From Candidatus Segetimicrobium genomatis (GTDB taxonomy: Bacteria; Sysuimicrobiota; Sysuimicrobiia; Sysuimicrobiales; Kaftiobacteriaceae): a DNA stretch of 64,000 nucleotides. The notes beneath the pieces were generated by a model. It searched no databases, was not told the DNA's origin, and saw nothing but the letters and a program-made list of their open reading frames with translations. The position numbers and the translations under genes are program-made. The stretch spans positions 573 through 64,572 of the forward strand of contig VBAL01000114.1 of NCBI GenBank assembly GCA_005888595.1. The letters are read 5' to 3'. Each line of letters opens with the position of its first letter. Within the stretch, counting starts at the first letter, position 1. Below are positions 17,204-26,442 of the stretch, one piece after another.

Positions 17204-18370
17204 TTAGCCCGGCTTCATCGGTGTGACCAATCCCTCCACCGGGACCCGCCGTCCCTCGCGGGCGGCCCGGTCCAGCGCGTCGCAGACCACCGCACACCGG
17301 TATCCATCCTCGAAACTGGCGCCGTCCGGCTCCACGGTGCTCTGCCCGCCCACTGCCAATAAGAAGTGGTGCAGTTGGTGCACAAACGTGTGCTCCCATC
17401 CCAGGATGTGTCCCGGCGGCCACCAGGTCCCACCGTACGGGTGGTGCGCCTCCGTCACCAGGACCGTGCGGAACCCATTGGCCCCGTCGTCGCGGACAAA
17501 CAGCTCCAGCTCGTTCAACCGCTCCAGGTTGAACGCCAGCGAGCCGCCGGAGCCGTTCACTTCGAAGCTGAGGAAATTCTTGCGCCCCGGACAGAAGCTG
17601 CTGGCCTCCAGCGTACCGACCGCGCCGGTGGTGAACTCCAGGACGGCCTCGATGGCGTCCTCGACATCGACCGCACCCTCACCGCCGTCACGGCGCGGAC
17701 GGCGGTCGATAAAGATGCGGGCGGTGGCGGAGACCGCCGAGACCTCGCCGACGAGGAACCGCGCCAGGTCAAGCGCGTGGGCGGCCAGGTCGCCGATGAC
17801 CCCGCTACCCGCCCGGGCTTTGTCGTGTCGCCAGCTGTAGGGAGCGCTGGGATCGACCATCGAGTCGTCACAGTACCGGGTCCGGAAATGATAGATCCGG
17901 CCGAGCCGTCCTTCGCGGATGAGTTGCCTGGCCAGCCGGACTGCGGGAACGAACCGGTAGTTGTATCCGGTCATGTGCACGATGCGCGCCGTCGCCGCGG
18001 CGTCGCGCATCTGCGCCGCCTCCGTCGACGTCCGCGCCAGCGGCTTCTCACACAACACATGCAGCCCGCGCGCGGCGCCCGCGACAGACGCCTCGGCATG
18101 CACGTCGTTGGGACCGGCGTTGATCAGGACCTGCACCCGGCGGTCGTCAATCAGCCCCCGCCAGTCGGGGTAGGCGGCCTGCGCGCCGTAGCGCTGAGCG
18201 GCCCGCTCCACCCGATCTGCCGATCGTCCCGCGACCGCGACCAACAGCGGCCGCGCCGGGAGCGGCCAGAAGATCGTCGAGACCCGCTGGATGGCCAGGA
18301 GGTGAGCCTTGGCGACCCCTTCGTACCCGAGTACCCCGATGCCGACCTGCCGGACCGAACCGTCGGTCAC
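17204..18370 (-). CDS. Gfo/Idh/MocA family oxidoreductase (inositol-dehydrogenase-like)
   Basis: GTG 18370-18368 overlapping aminotransferase stop (GTGA). VGIGVLGYEG Rossmann start, EKP motif (LCEKPLA), C-terminal alpha/beta domain. ORF track start 18544 is an N-extension. Confidence 0.8.
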   Translation of the reverse strand: MTDGSVRQVGIGVLGYEGVAKAHLLAIQRVSTIFWPLPARPLLVAVAGRSADRVERAAQRYGAQAAYPDWRGLIDDRRVQVLINAGPNDVHAEASVAGAARGLHVLCEKPLARTSTEAAQMRDAAATARIVHMTGYNYRFVPAVRLARQLIREGRLGRIYHFRTRYCDDSMVDPSAPYSWRHDKARAGSGVIGDLAAHALDLARFLVGEVSAVSATARIFIDRRPRRDGGEGAVDVEDAIEAVLEFTTGAVGTLEASSFCPGRKNFLSFEVNGSGGSLAFNLERLNELELFVRDDGANGFRTVLVTEAHHPYGGTWWPPGHILGWEHTFVHQLHHFLLAVGGQSTVEPDGASFEDGYRCAVVCDALDRAAREGRRVPVEGLVTPMKPG

Positions 18371-19638
18371 AGCACGGCCTGGGCCACTTTGTGGATGCCG
18401 GCAATGACGTCGCTGACATCCTGGTCGGCAAACAAGGGGTGCACATCGAGATGCACGGCCCGCTGCAGGATGGCATCGGTGCGTGGGAATTGCCCCTTCA
18501 CCAGGGTGGCGCTGCCTTTGTAGTGCGGGCACTCCCAGGAGCACTTCCGTGTGGACAGCAGGCGGCGGTTGATGATCTGGTCAAAGTGGTTGTAGACATG
18601 CTGGCCGCTCCACCAGGGCACGCTCGCCGGCAGGTTCTCCGCGGCCAGGGCCCGGGCGAACCGGTCCGCCTGCGCCGCCGTCGGCACGAAGAAGATGACC
18701 GTGGCGCCCGTTTCGCCGTCCTCATCGTAGAGCGTTCGAAAGGTCAGTCCGGGGATGTCCCGTATGCCGTCCCTGATCCGGCGGGCGTTGGCGCGCATCC
18801 GTTCGATGATCCAGTCCATCTTTTTTAGTTGCGCCAAGCCGACCGCGGCGGTGAGCTCGCCCATGCGAAAGTTGATGCCGATGATGAGCGGGCTGTCCCC
18901 GGCGATCAGCAGATCGAGTTCCTCCATCCGCACCGAGCCCTGATCGTGGAACCGCACGGCGCGTTCGAACAGGACGGGGTCGCTGGAGGTGAGCATGCCT
19001 CCCTCGCCGGTGGTGATGGTCTTGTGATATTGCAAACTGAACGCGCCGAACTGGCCCCAGGTACCCAGGCGCCGCCCCCGGTACCGGCCGCCCAGGGCCT
19101 GGGCCGTGTCCTCGACGACGGACAAGTGATGCGCCCGCGCGGTCTCGAGGATAGGCGCCAGGTTTGCGGGGGCGCCGCGCATGTGCACCGGGATGACCGC
19201 GCGCGTGGAGGGGGTAATCGCCGCGGCGAGCGCCGCCGCGTCCATGTTGAGCGATTCGTCGATATCGACGAACAGCGGGACGGCCCCCAGGATCACCACC
19301 GCATTGATCGTCGCGATCCAGGTGTACGTGGGCACCGCTACCTCGTCGCCCGGCCCGATGCCCAGCGCCGCCAGTGCGGTGATCAAGGCGCCCGTCCCCG
19401 ACGTGACCGCCAGGGCGTGACGCGCGCCCATGGCCTGGGCGAAGGCCTTCTCTAATGACGCGGCGCGATGGAGCGGCCGGGGACCATAGTGCCGGAAGAG
19501 GGACTGGCTCTCGATGACCTCGAGCACCGCCGCCTTTTCCTCCTTACCGATCAGCAATCCGCCCGGCCACCCGGGCAGCAACGGGGTGGTGCGCACGGGT
19601 GTGCCGCCGTCGATTGCCAACCGATCGGTGATGGCCAT
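18367..19638 (-). CDS. DegT/DnrJ/EryC1/StrS-family PLP-dependent aminotransferase (sugar/inosose aminotransferase-like)
   Basis: ATG 19638-19636 (MAITDRLAIDGGTPVR) with GGAGGAG RBS. Family motifs AVTSGTGAL and FSLQYHKTITTGEGG (PLP-lysine in SxxK context). ORF track start 19788 is an N-extension. Confidence 0.85.
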   Translation of the reverse strand: MAITDRLAIDGGTPVRTTPLLPGWPGGLLIGKEEKAAVLEVIESQSLFRHYGPRPLHRAASLEKAFAQAMGARHALAVTSGTGALITALAALGIGPGDEVAVPTYTWIATINAVVILGAVPLFVDIDESLNMDAAALAAAITPSTRAVIPVHMRGAPANLAPILETARAHHLSVVEDTAQALGGRYRGRRLGTWGQFGAFSLQYHKTITTGEGGMLTSSDPVLFERAVRFHDQGSVRMEELDLLIAGDSPLIIGINFRMGELTAAVGLAQLKKMDWIIERMRANARRIRDGIRDIPGLTFRTLYDEDGETGATVIFFVPTAAQADRFARALAAENLPASVPWWSGQHVYNHFDQIINRRLLSTRKCSWECPHYKGSATLVKGQFPRTDAILQRAVHLDVHPLFADQDVSDVIAGIHKVAQAVL

Positions 19639-20102
19639 CTGGATGTCTCCTCCGGGGTATGTTGCGCGTTGCCTTCGCCAGCAGGATTGCGACTCCTGCC
19701 CTAATCGCCGCATGCGCCGCGCGAAGGGGTTTGCAACCGGCGCCGTCCCGTGCAGGTGGAGGACCTCCGCCGCGGGCCGTTGAACCACAGAGGACTTGAC
19801 TCTCTCCCCCCTGGGCGAATACAGGTCACGACTCTTTCGAGCGGCACTGATGAAGTGCGGCTCGGGCGCGGCATTTTGCAGGACTCGACTCTGAGAGGGC
19901 GCGGCAGCGCCAACTGTTTTCCCTTTCGCGGTGGCCGGAGCCCTTCGACTCGCTTCGCTCGCTCAGGGCGCTCGACTCGTCGGAAGGGCGGAGGCCGCGA
20001 GCGAAGTCCGCGGAGCGGACGAGTCGAGCGGGAGAGGGACAAAGGGTGAGAGGGTACATACACTCAGCCGGAGACCGGTGACTCACAAGGGAGGAATGCG
20101 TA
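19639..20102. promoter_or_regulatory. 464-bp divergent intergenic control region between the catabolic cluster (minus) and the PotD-like operon (plus); contains nested inverted repeats
   Basis: GCGCTCGACTCGTC (19968-19981) pairs with GACGAGTCGAGCG (20020-20032), 13 bp perfect. Inner pair CTTCGCTCGC/GCGAGCGAAG (10/10 bp). CGACTCG also present around 19870 and 19945. No regulator gene in either operon. Confidence 0.45.
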
Positions 20103-21347
20103 GTGGGCAGGAATCGATGGTGGATGGTCGCACCGCTGTTGTTCCTTGCGGTGATCCTGGTGGCTCCCGTGGGGGCCGTGAGTCCAGTCGGCGCGGATAA
20201 GTTCAACGTCCGGGCCCAGATCGACCTCAGCAAGCTGACGCGGGATAACTTCGCCGCGATGGTCACGCCCGCGGCGAAGTCGCAGTCCGGGCTGGTCTTC
20301 TACGACTTCGCGGATACGCTGTGCGAGTTGCTGGCGAAGGAAAGCGCGGACTTCACCCAGCAGACCGGCATCGCCGTCAAGCACGTTTGCGTGGACGGCG
20401 ACACTGCCACGCAGCAGCTCATCGCGGAGGCGCAGGCGGGCAAGCCGGCGTCGGCGGACCTCTTCTTCGGGCCCAACAACAGCATGCGCGCGTTGACCAA
20501 GGCCGGCGTCATCGCCAACCTGCCGCTGGTTGACCTGCTGCCGAACGCCACCGACGTGGAACAGGCGGCGGCGCGGGCTTCGCGCGGCTTCAAGCACGGC
20601 GGGACGGTGGTGCCGTTCCACCGCAACCAGACCGCACTGGCCTACAACAGCGCGCTGGTGACCAAGCCGCCCCAGACGTTTGAGGAATTGCTGGCCTTCG
20701 CCAGGGAGCACAGCGGCAAGGTCACCGTGACCGATCCGACCCACGGCGGCAGCGGCTCAGGTTTCCTGGAGAGCGCCTTGTTGAAGTTCTCTCCGCAGTG
20801 CAAGGATGACTACTACAACTTCGACCTGACCAAAGAGCAGGCCGCGGCCGCGGCGCAGAGGTGCATGGCGCCGGTGCTGGCCTACTGGCGATCATTGAAA
20901 CCACACGTCAAGTTCTCGAACGGCAACGAGAACTCGATCAAAGCTCTGGCCAACAACGTGGCGCTGGTGGCGACGGTCTGGGAGGATGACCTCTACACGC
21001 TGGCGACCAAGGGGCTGGTCCCGCAGTCGGCGCGCCCGGTGCTGCTGCAGACGGGGCAGGTGGGTGACGGCGACGGCCTGTTCATCGTGGCGTCCACCCA
21101 GAAGCTCGAAGCCGCGCTGCTCTACGCCAACTTCCTGATGAGCGATAAGGTGCAGATCGACAAGCTAGAGCAGACCGGGAGCCGCACGGCGAGGGTCAAT
21201 CTGCAGACCAAGGGCAAGATCCCCGAAAAACTGGCGAAGTTCCTGGTCCTGGATACCATGTACCATGAGCGCACGCGGCCCCGGATCAATGGGCAGATTA
21301 CAGATGCCGCCGGGGACCTCTTCGTCAAGGAGATCATCGCCAAGTAG
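20103..21347 (+). CDS. ABC transporter substrate-binding protein (PotD/family-1-like), paralogue of 1396..2541
   Basis: GTG 20103 after AAGGGAGGAATGCGTA. Signal/TM WWMVAPLLFLAVILVAPVGA. Same fold as the first SBP. Confidence 0.8.
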   Translation: MGRNRWWMVAPLLFLAVILVAPVGAVSPVGADKFNVRAQIDLSKLTRDNFAAMVTPAAKSQSGLVFYDFADTLCELLAKESADFTQQTGIAVKHVCVDGDTATQQLIAEAQAGKPASADLFFGPNNSMRALTKAGVIANLPLVDLLPNATDVEQAAARASRGFKHGGTVVPFHRNQTALAYNSALVTKPPQTFEELLAFAREHSGKVTVTDPTHGGSGSGFLESALLKFSPQCKDDYYNFDLTKEQAAAAAQRCMAPVLAYWRSLKPHVKFSNGNENSIKALANNVALVATVWEDDLYTLATKGLVPQSARPVLLQTGQVGDGDGLFIVASTQKLEAALLYANFLMSDKVQIDKLEQTGSRTARVNLQTKGKIPEKLAKFLVLDTMYHERTRPRINGQITDAAGDLFVKEIIAK

Positions 21348-21353
21348 AAGACC

Positions 21354-22403
21354 ATGGCGCGCCTCGAGCTGCGGGACATCACCAAACGCTTCGGGCGCGC
21401 CGTGGCCGTAGACCGGGTGTCGGTGGAGGTCACAGACGGGGAGTTCCTGACCCTGCTGGGCCCCTCCGGGTGCGGGAAGACGACCACCCTGCGGATCATC
21501 GCCGGTCTCGTCGACCCCGACGAGGGGGAGGTGCTGCTGGACGGCAAGCCCGTGCAGCACTTCCCCGCGCACCGCCGCCAGACCGCGATGGTTTTCCAGA
21601 GTTACGCGCTGTTTCCCCACATGACCGTCTCGGAGAATATCGGATTCGGCCTGCGCATGCGCGCACTTCCCGCAGACCTGATCCAGCGGCGCGTCGGAGA
21701 AGCGCTGGCCCTGGTCGAACTGGAAGGCCTGAGCGACCGGTATCCCCGCCAGCTCTCCGGCGGCCAGCAACAGCGGGTCGCCGTGGCCCGAGCAATCGTC
21801 ACGCGGCCAAAGGTGCTGCTCTTCGACGAACCATTGAGCAACCTCGACGCGAAGTTGCGGGAACGGCTGCGGCTGGAGCTTCGCGCGCTCCAGCAGCGCC
21901 TGGGCGTCACCACAGTCTATGTGACGCACGACCAGGCGGAAGCGCTCGCGCTCTCCGACCGCGTCGCCGTCATGTTCGGAGGGAAGGTCGTCGAGATCGG
22001 AACGCCGCGGCAGGTCTATCGCACGCCGCGCGTGCGTGTGACGGCGGAGTTCCTGGGGGTCACCAACTTCCTGGATGGAAAGGTCGCGGCGGTGGCAGAC
22101 GGGCACTACATCGTCCAGACGCCGCTGGGGATCGTCGAGGCAGACGCGGCGCTGGGCGTACGGGTGGGCGAAGTGGTGACGCTGTCATTTCGTCCTGAGG
22201 ACGTGCGAATCGGCCGGTACGAGGGCACGGCAATCACCGGCCGCGTCCTGCACGCCTCGTACCTGGGGTCCGTGACCGACTACGTCGTGGAGTCAGGCGG
22301 GATCACGCTGCGCGTGCACGAGGCCGGGGGCTCCGCGCGCGGCGCGGGCGAGGAGATCACGATCACGCTGCCGGCGACCGCGGCGATTGTGCGCGGGGGA
22401 TAG
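21354..22403 (+). CDS. ABC transporter ATP-binding protein with TOBE domain (PotA/MalK-like)
   Basis: Walker [25 protein letters not shown], Walker B LLFDEP, C-terminal TOBE. 63% identical in core to 4178..5290 by eye. Confidence 0.85.
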   Translation: MARLELRDITKRFGRAVAVDRVSVEVTDGEFLTLLGPSGCGKTTTLRIIAGLVDPDEGEVLLDGKPVQHFPAHRRQTAMVFQSYALFPHMTVSENIGFGLRMRALPADLIQRRVGEALALVELEGLSDRYPRQLSGGQQQRVAVARAIVTRPKVLLFDEPLSNLDAKLRERLRLELRALQQRLGVTTVYVTHDQAEALALSDRVAVMFGGKVVEIGTPRQVYRTPRVRVTAEFLGVTNFLDGKVAAVADGHYIVQTPLGIVEADAALGVRVGEVVTLSFRPEDVRIGRYEGTAITGRVLHASYLGSVTDYVVESGGITLRVHEAGGSARGAGEEITITLPATAAIVRGG

Positions 22404-22404
22404 C

Positions 22405-23301
22405 ATGGCGCAATTCGCCGCCGCGATCCCGCAGGTGACCCCAGCGCAGGTGCGCCGCCGCCGCGAGTGGCTGGTCGACCTGGTCCTGCTGGCGCCGGGG
22501 CTGGGCTATCTGCTGGTGTTCATGTGCGTCCCGCTCGTGCAGGTGGCCCTGCGAGGCTTCGGGCTGCTGGCCATCGGCGAGCCCTCGCAGTTCACGCTGG
22601 GGTTGTACCGCGAGGTCCTGGCCAACAAGATTGATCGGGATAGCATCATCTTCAGCCTGTACTTTGCGCTCGGCACGACCGTGATCAGCCTGATCCTCTC
22701 GCTCGTCATCAGCGCGCTCCTGCAGATCAACTTCCCGGGACGCTACATCATCAGCGTGCTGTATAAGATCCCGCTGGTGGTGCCGAGCCTGGTGGCGGCG
22801 TTCCTGGTGCTGACCATCATCGATCAGGGCGGCATCATCTCGCGGGCGCTGCTGCCCTACGGCGTGGAGTGGCCCGAGCTGGTGCACGATCGCTACGGCC
22901 TGGGTATTATTCTGGTCCTGGTCTGGCACAACGTGCCGATCATGACGGTGATCCTGTCCGCCGTGATGAGCGGGATTCCGCACGACGTCACCGCCGCGGC
23001 GCGCAATCTCGGCGCCAGCCCCTGGCAGGTGTTCCGGAACATTACCGTGCCGCTGTCGCTGCCGGGGATCTCGGCCGCCTCATTGCTGGTGTTCATCGGG
23101 GTCTTCGGAGCCTTCTCGATTCCCTCGTTGCTGGGCGCCGCCTATCCCAAAGCGATCGCGGTGGTGATGAGCAACGAGGTGCTGGACCGGGCCAACTGGG
23201 GCCTGGCCTCCGCGCTGGGCACGATCGTGACGGCGCTCTCGGCGATCCTGCTCTACGTGTATTACCGGCTGATCCGGCATCAGGAGGCCGCGCTGCGATG
23301 A
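22405..23301 (+). CDS. ABC transporter permease (PotB-like)
   Basis: ATG 22405 (MAQFAAAIP). 6 TM helices. EAA-like loop AAARNLGASPWQVFRNITVP. Confidence 0.8.
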   Translation: MAQFAAAIPQVTPAQVRRRREWLVDLVLLAPGLGYLLVFMCVPLVQVALRGFGLLAIGEPSQFTLGLYREVLANKIDRDSIIFSLYFALGTTVISLILSLVISALLQINFPGRYIISVLYKIPLVVPSLVAAFLVLTIIDQGGIISRALLPYGVEWPELVHDRYGLGIILVLVWHNVPIMTVILSAVMSGIPHDVTAAARNLGASPWQVFRNITVPLSLPGISAASLLVFIGVFGAFSIPSLLGAAYPKAIAVVMSNEVLDRANWGLASALGTIVTALSAILLYVYYRLIRHQEAALR

Positions 23302-24143
23302 ACCGGACCTGGGCCCGGCAAGGGACGCCGGGGCGGTGGCTGGTCGCCGTGGGCTTCTTCAGCGTGGCGTCCCTCGTCTTGATCATCCCGCTGATCGTCG
23401 GGGTGCTGTGGTCGCTCGTCAACCCGGACGTCGGCTGGTTCCCGCCGGCGATCGTGCCGTCCAGCCTCTCGCTGGCGAACTGGCGGGCGATGCTCTCGGT
23501 GCCGGAGATCGGGCAGGCCTTCGTGATGAGCTTCCTGATCGCGCCGATCGTGACGCTGCTCTGCGCCGCGCTGGCATTGCCCACAGGCTACGCGCTGGGA
23601 CGCCGGCAGCTGCGCGCGCGGCGGACCATCGAGCTGCTCGTGCTGGCGCCGATCATCCTGCCCGGCATCGTGCTCGCGACGGGGCTGGGATCGATGTTCA
23701 TCCGCCTCGGATTGTCGCATACGGTCACGGGGGTCGTTCTGGTGCAGACCGTCGTGTTGCTGCCGTTCATGATCCGGATCGTCGCCGCGACCTTCGAGGG
23801 CGTCCCGCAGGACTTGATCGACGCCGCCCGGAACCTCGGCGCCAGCCCGTGGCCGCTAGCCCGCGACGTCCTGATCCCGCTGGTGCGGCCTGGGCTGTTT
23901 GCCGGCGGGCTGTTCACCTTCATCGGCAGCCTGGAGGAGTTTGTCTTGACCTTCATCGTCGGCATGCCGTATGTGCAGACGCTGCCCGTTCTTCTCTGGG
24001 CGTACCTGGGGGGCCGGTCGTCGATCTTCACCTACGCCGCGGTCGTCACCATGGTGCTGCTGGTGCCGACGATTGTCTTGATGTTCGTCGCCGAGCGGAC
24101 GCTCAAGCAAGAGTACCTGGCCGCGGGGTTCGGAAAAGTCTGA
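23298..24143 (+). CDS. ABC transporter permease (PotC-like), intact paralogue of the disrupted permease at 3386
   Basis: ATG 23298 (ATGA overlap). MNRTWARQGTPGRWLVAVGFF... EAA loop DAARNLGASPWPLARDVLIPLVRPG. Complete C-terminus. Confidence 0.8.
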   Translation: MNRTWARQGTPGRWLVAVGFFSVASLVLIIPLIVGVLWSLVNPDVGWFPPAIVPSSLSLANWRAMLSVPEIGQAFVMSFLIAPIVTLLCAALALPTGYALGRRQLRARRTIELLVLAPIILPGIVLATGLGSMFIRLGLSHTVTGVVLVQTVVLLPFMIRIVAATFEGVPQDLIDAARNLGASPWPLARDVLIPLVRPGLFAGGLFTFIGSLEEFVLTFIVGMPYVQTLPVLLWAYLGGRSSIFTYAAVVTMVLLVPTIVLMFVAERTLKQEYLAAGFGKV

Positions 24144-24881
24144 TGGAGCTGCTTGCCAGTCGGGCCGGCCGGCCGCTGATCTCGGCCCACCGAGGATTCG
24201 CCGCCGCGGCGCCGGAGAACACGCTGGCGGCGCTGGACCTCGCCTGGCGCGCCGGCGCCACTGTGGCTGAGATCGATGTGCAGTTGACCCGCGACGGCCG
24301 CGTCGTCCTGATGCACGACCGCTCGGTGACGCGGACGACCAACGGCTCCGGGCTCGTGCGGGACCTCACGTTTCGAGAGCTCAAAGCCCTGGATGCCGGC
24401 GCATGGTTCGGAGCGCGTGCCGGCGCTGGCAGAAGTCTTGGACTGGAGCCGCGGCCGACTGGGGTTCCTCATTGAGTTGAAGAACTACCCGCACCGGGAG
24501 ATGCCGCTGGTCGAGAAGACGATTGCCGAGATCGAGGCGCACGGCGCCCAAGACTACGTCGTGCCGGCCGGCTTCGACCACGTCACCCTGGCCGAGATTC
24601 ACCGTATCCGCCCGCATTGGCCGCTGGAAATGATCTACATCGCGCGTCTCGCCGACCCGGTCCACGCGGCGCGGGCCGCCGGGGCCGCCCTCATCTCGCT
24701 GGAGCCGGAGTTCTGCCTGGAGCCCGATGTGAAGGCGATGCATGCCGCCGGACTTTCGGTGCTCACCACCCTGCTGGACGGAGAGCACGCCCAAGAACTT
24801 CTGGGGATCGGCGTGGACGTCTTCGAGTCCGATGATGTGGCAATGGTGGCGTCGGCCCTGGGAGTCGCGCCGAGGGTCTAA
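24143..24881 (+). pseudogene. glycerophosphodiester phosphodiesterase (GDPD) family gene with a 1-nt frameshift near 24408-24415
   Basis: N-terminal part MELLASRAGRPLISAHRGFAAAAPENTLAALDLAWRAGATVAEIDVQLTRDGRVVLMHD (GDPD HR(G) motif) is in the frame of ORF 23336..24475. From ERVPALAEVLDW onward the conserved sequence continues in ORF 24393..24881. Could be a sequencing error. Confidence 0.6.
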
Positions 24882-25670
24882 CCTGCCTGCGGGCTGAGCG
24901 TCGTGCGCAGCGCCGCGACCGACTCGCGCACGTAACGGTCGAGCACCGCGCCCCAGGGGACCTGCGACGAACCGCCTGGGAGCGTGGCCTCGGGTGGAGC
25001 AATCTCCAGAACTACGGCGCCCGAGTATCCGATCTCACGCAGCGCCACGGTGATCGGGAACAGATCAAGGTGACCCCCGCGCAGCCCCCGCCTGTTTGAA
25101 TCGGCGACGTGCACGTGCCACAGCCATGAGCCCGCGGCGCGGATGGCCGCCGGGATGTCGGGCTCTTCGATGTTGGCGTGGAAGAGATCCAGGGTCATAC
25201 CCACCTGGGGTGAGCCCACGTCACGCAGGTAGGCCAGGGCCTGTGCCGTGGTTGTCACCAGGTAGGCCTCATAACGGTTGAGCGGCTCGATGGCGATCCG
25301 ACCATCGCCATTCCTGCTCCCGGGTGCTAATCGGCGCGAGGCGCGACTCGCCTGAGGGCAACATCTGTACAACCGGCGCGCCGATGGCGGCGGCGAACCG
25401 CAGGCAGCCGACCAGATAGGCGACCGCCTCTGCCCGGATGGCGGGATCGGGATGGGCCAGGTCACGCCGCGTCTGTGGGACCTTGCACGAGGCGGTCAGG
25501 GCTACGGGGGCCAGGCCGGTTCGGGCGAGGAGACGGCGCACCGCATCGGGGGTCCACATCTCCGGCTCGCCCAGGAGTTCCACGCCATCGCAGCCGGCTG
25601 CGGCGATGCGCGCCAGCGCCTCCTCCAGCGGGGCCTCGTAGATCCAGGTGCATGCGCCGAGTCGCAACAC
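24878..25670 (-). pseudogene. sugar phosphate isomerase/epimerase (TIM barrel) with a frameshift near 25300-25325
   Basis: N-terminal half (VLRLGACTWIYEAPLEEALARIAAAGCDGVELLGEPE...) is in ORF 25269..25940, with GTG 25670 eight nt after the upstream stop. C-terminal half (GRIAIEPLNRYEAY...WHVHVADSNRRGLRGGHLD...VVLEI) is in ORF 24878..25465. The two frames meet in GGGAGCAGGAATGGCGATGG. Confidence 0.6.
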
Positions 25671-25678
25671 GGCAGCGC

Positions 25679-26371
25679 TTACGATCCACGCGGACCGATC
25701 AGCACGACCGCCAGGTCCACGATGTTCATGCCCGGCCCGGCAGGACGGATCCGTTCGATGTGTAACGCCTGTGTTTCTTTCATGAGCTGCACACCGCCGA
25801 CAGGCCGGCCATCGGGCCGGACCACCGCCTCCCCCCGAATCGTCCCATACAATAACAGTTCCAGACCCAGTGGTTCGTGGACCCCGGCAAAGAGATCGTC
25901 CGCGCCCGCGTAGGAACCGGCACGGCCGCAGTAGGGGCAATCGTCGATGTACGGGTGAGCCGGGTGCTCGTCTGCGACCTCGTAGTGCACGCTCCCCGCG
26001 AACCGGTGGTAGCGTTCTGAACCCCCCGCTGCGCCGCGGAGCATCACGTGGTGTTTCCCCGTCTGGCGCAGGGCGACGTAGTAGTAGCGGATGTGCAGAT
26101 CGTGAGCGTGATGCAGGGCCGGATCAGTGCCGCCCTGCCACGGCTGCAGCCCGCCCAGCCGCGCCTGGGAGTCCGAGGCTTCCGGCGGCTTCCAGTGCCC
26201 GAAATCGTTCGTGATGCCGCACTGCTCGCGCAGCCATCCGGTCACGAACGAGACGGCCGCATCCTGGGAGGCGGCGAGACGATCGTGGACATAGAACCAG
26301 ACGTTCGGATAACTTGGCGGCTCGAACACGGACCGGGACGGCAGATCATAACGCGCGGCGGATTCGCTCAT
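25679..26371 (-). CDS. hypothetical protein (possible cupin-like beta-barrel; His-rich HHAHDLH motif)
   Basis: ORF 25679..26401; ATG 26371 (MSESAARYDLPSRSVFEPP). No confident family assignment. C-terminal region has an alternating hydrophobic pattern consistent with a beta-barrel. Confidence 0.45.
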   Translation of the reverse strand: MSESAARYDLPSRSVFEPPSYPNVWFYVHDRLAASQDAAVSFVTGWLREQCGITNDFGHWKPPEASDSQARLGGLQPWQGGTDPALHHAHDLHIRYYYVALRQTGKHHVMLRGAAGGSERYHRFAGSVHYEVADEHPAHPYIDDCPYCGRAGSYAGADDLFAGVHEPLGLELLLYGTIRGEAVVRPDGRPVGGVQLMKETQALHIERIRPAGPGMNIVDLAVVLIGPRGS

Positions 26372-26442
26372 GCCAGTGCCGTACCAACTTGATTTCCGCA
26401 TCTGCTTTTCTTAGTATCCATGGAATCGCTCGGTAGCCACGC

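Noticed and set aside
19701-20063. ORFs 19701..20063(-), 19750..20049(+), 19826..20266(-) inside the divergent intergenic region
   Set aside because: They overlap each other in multiple frames, have Arg/Pro/Ser-rich low-complexity composition, and have no RBS or family similarity. The region is better explained as a regulatory spacer with inverted repeats.
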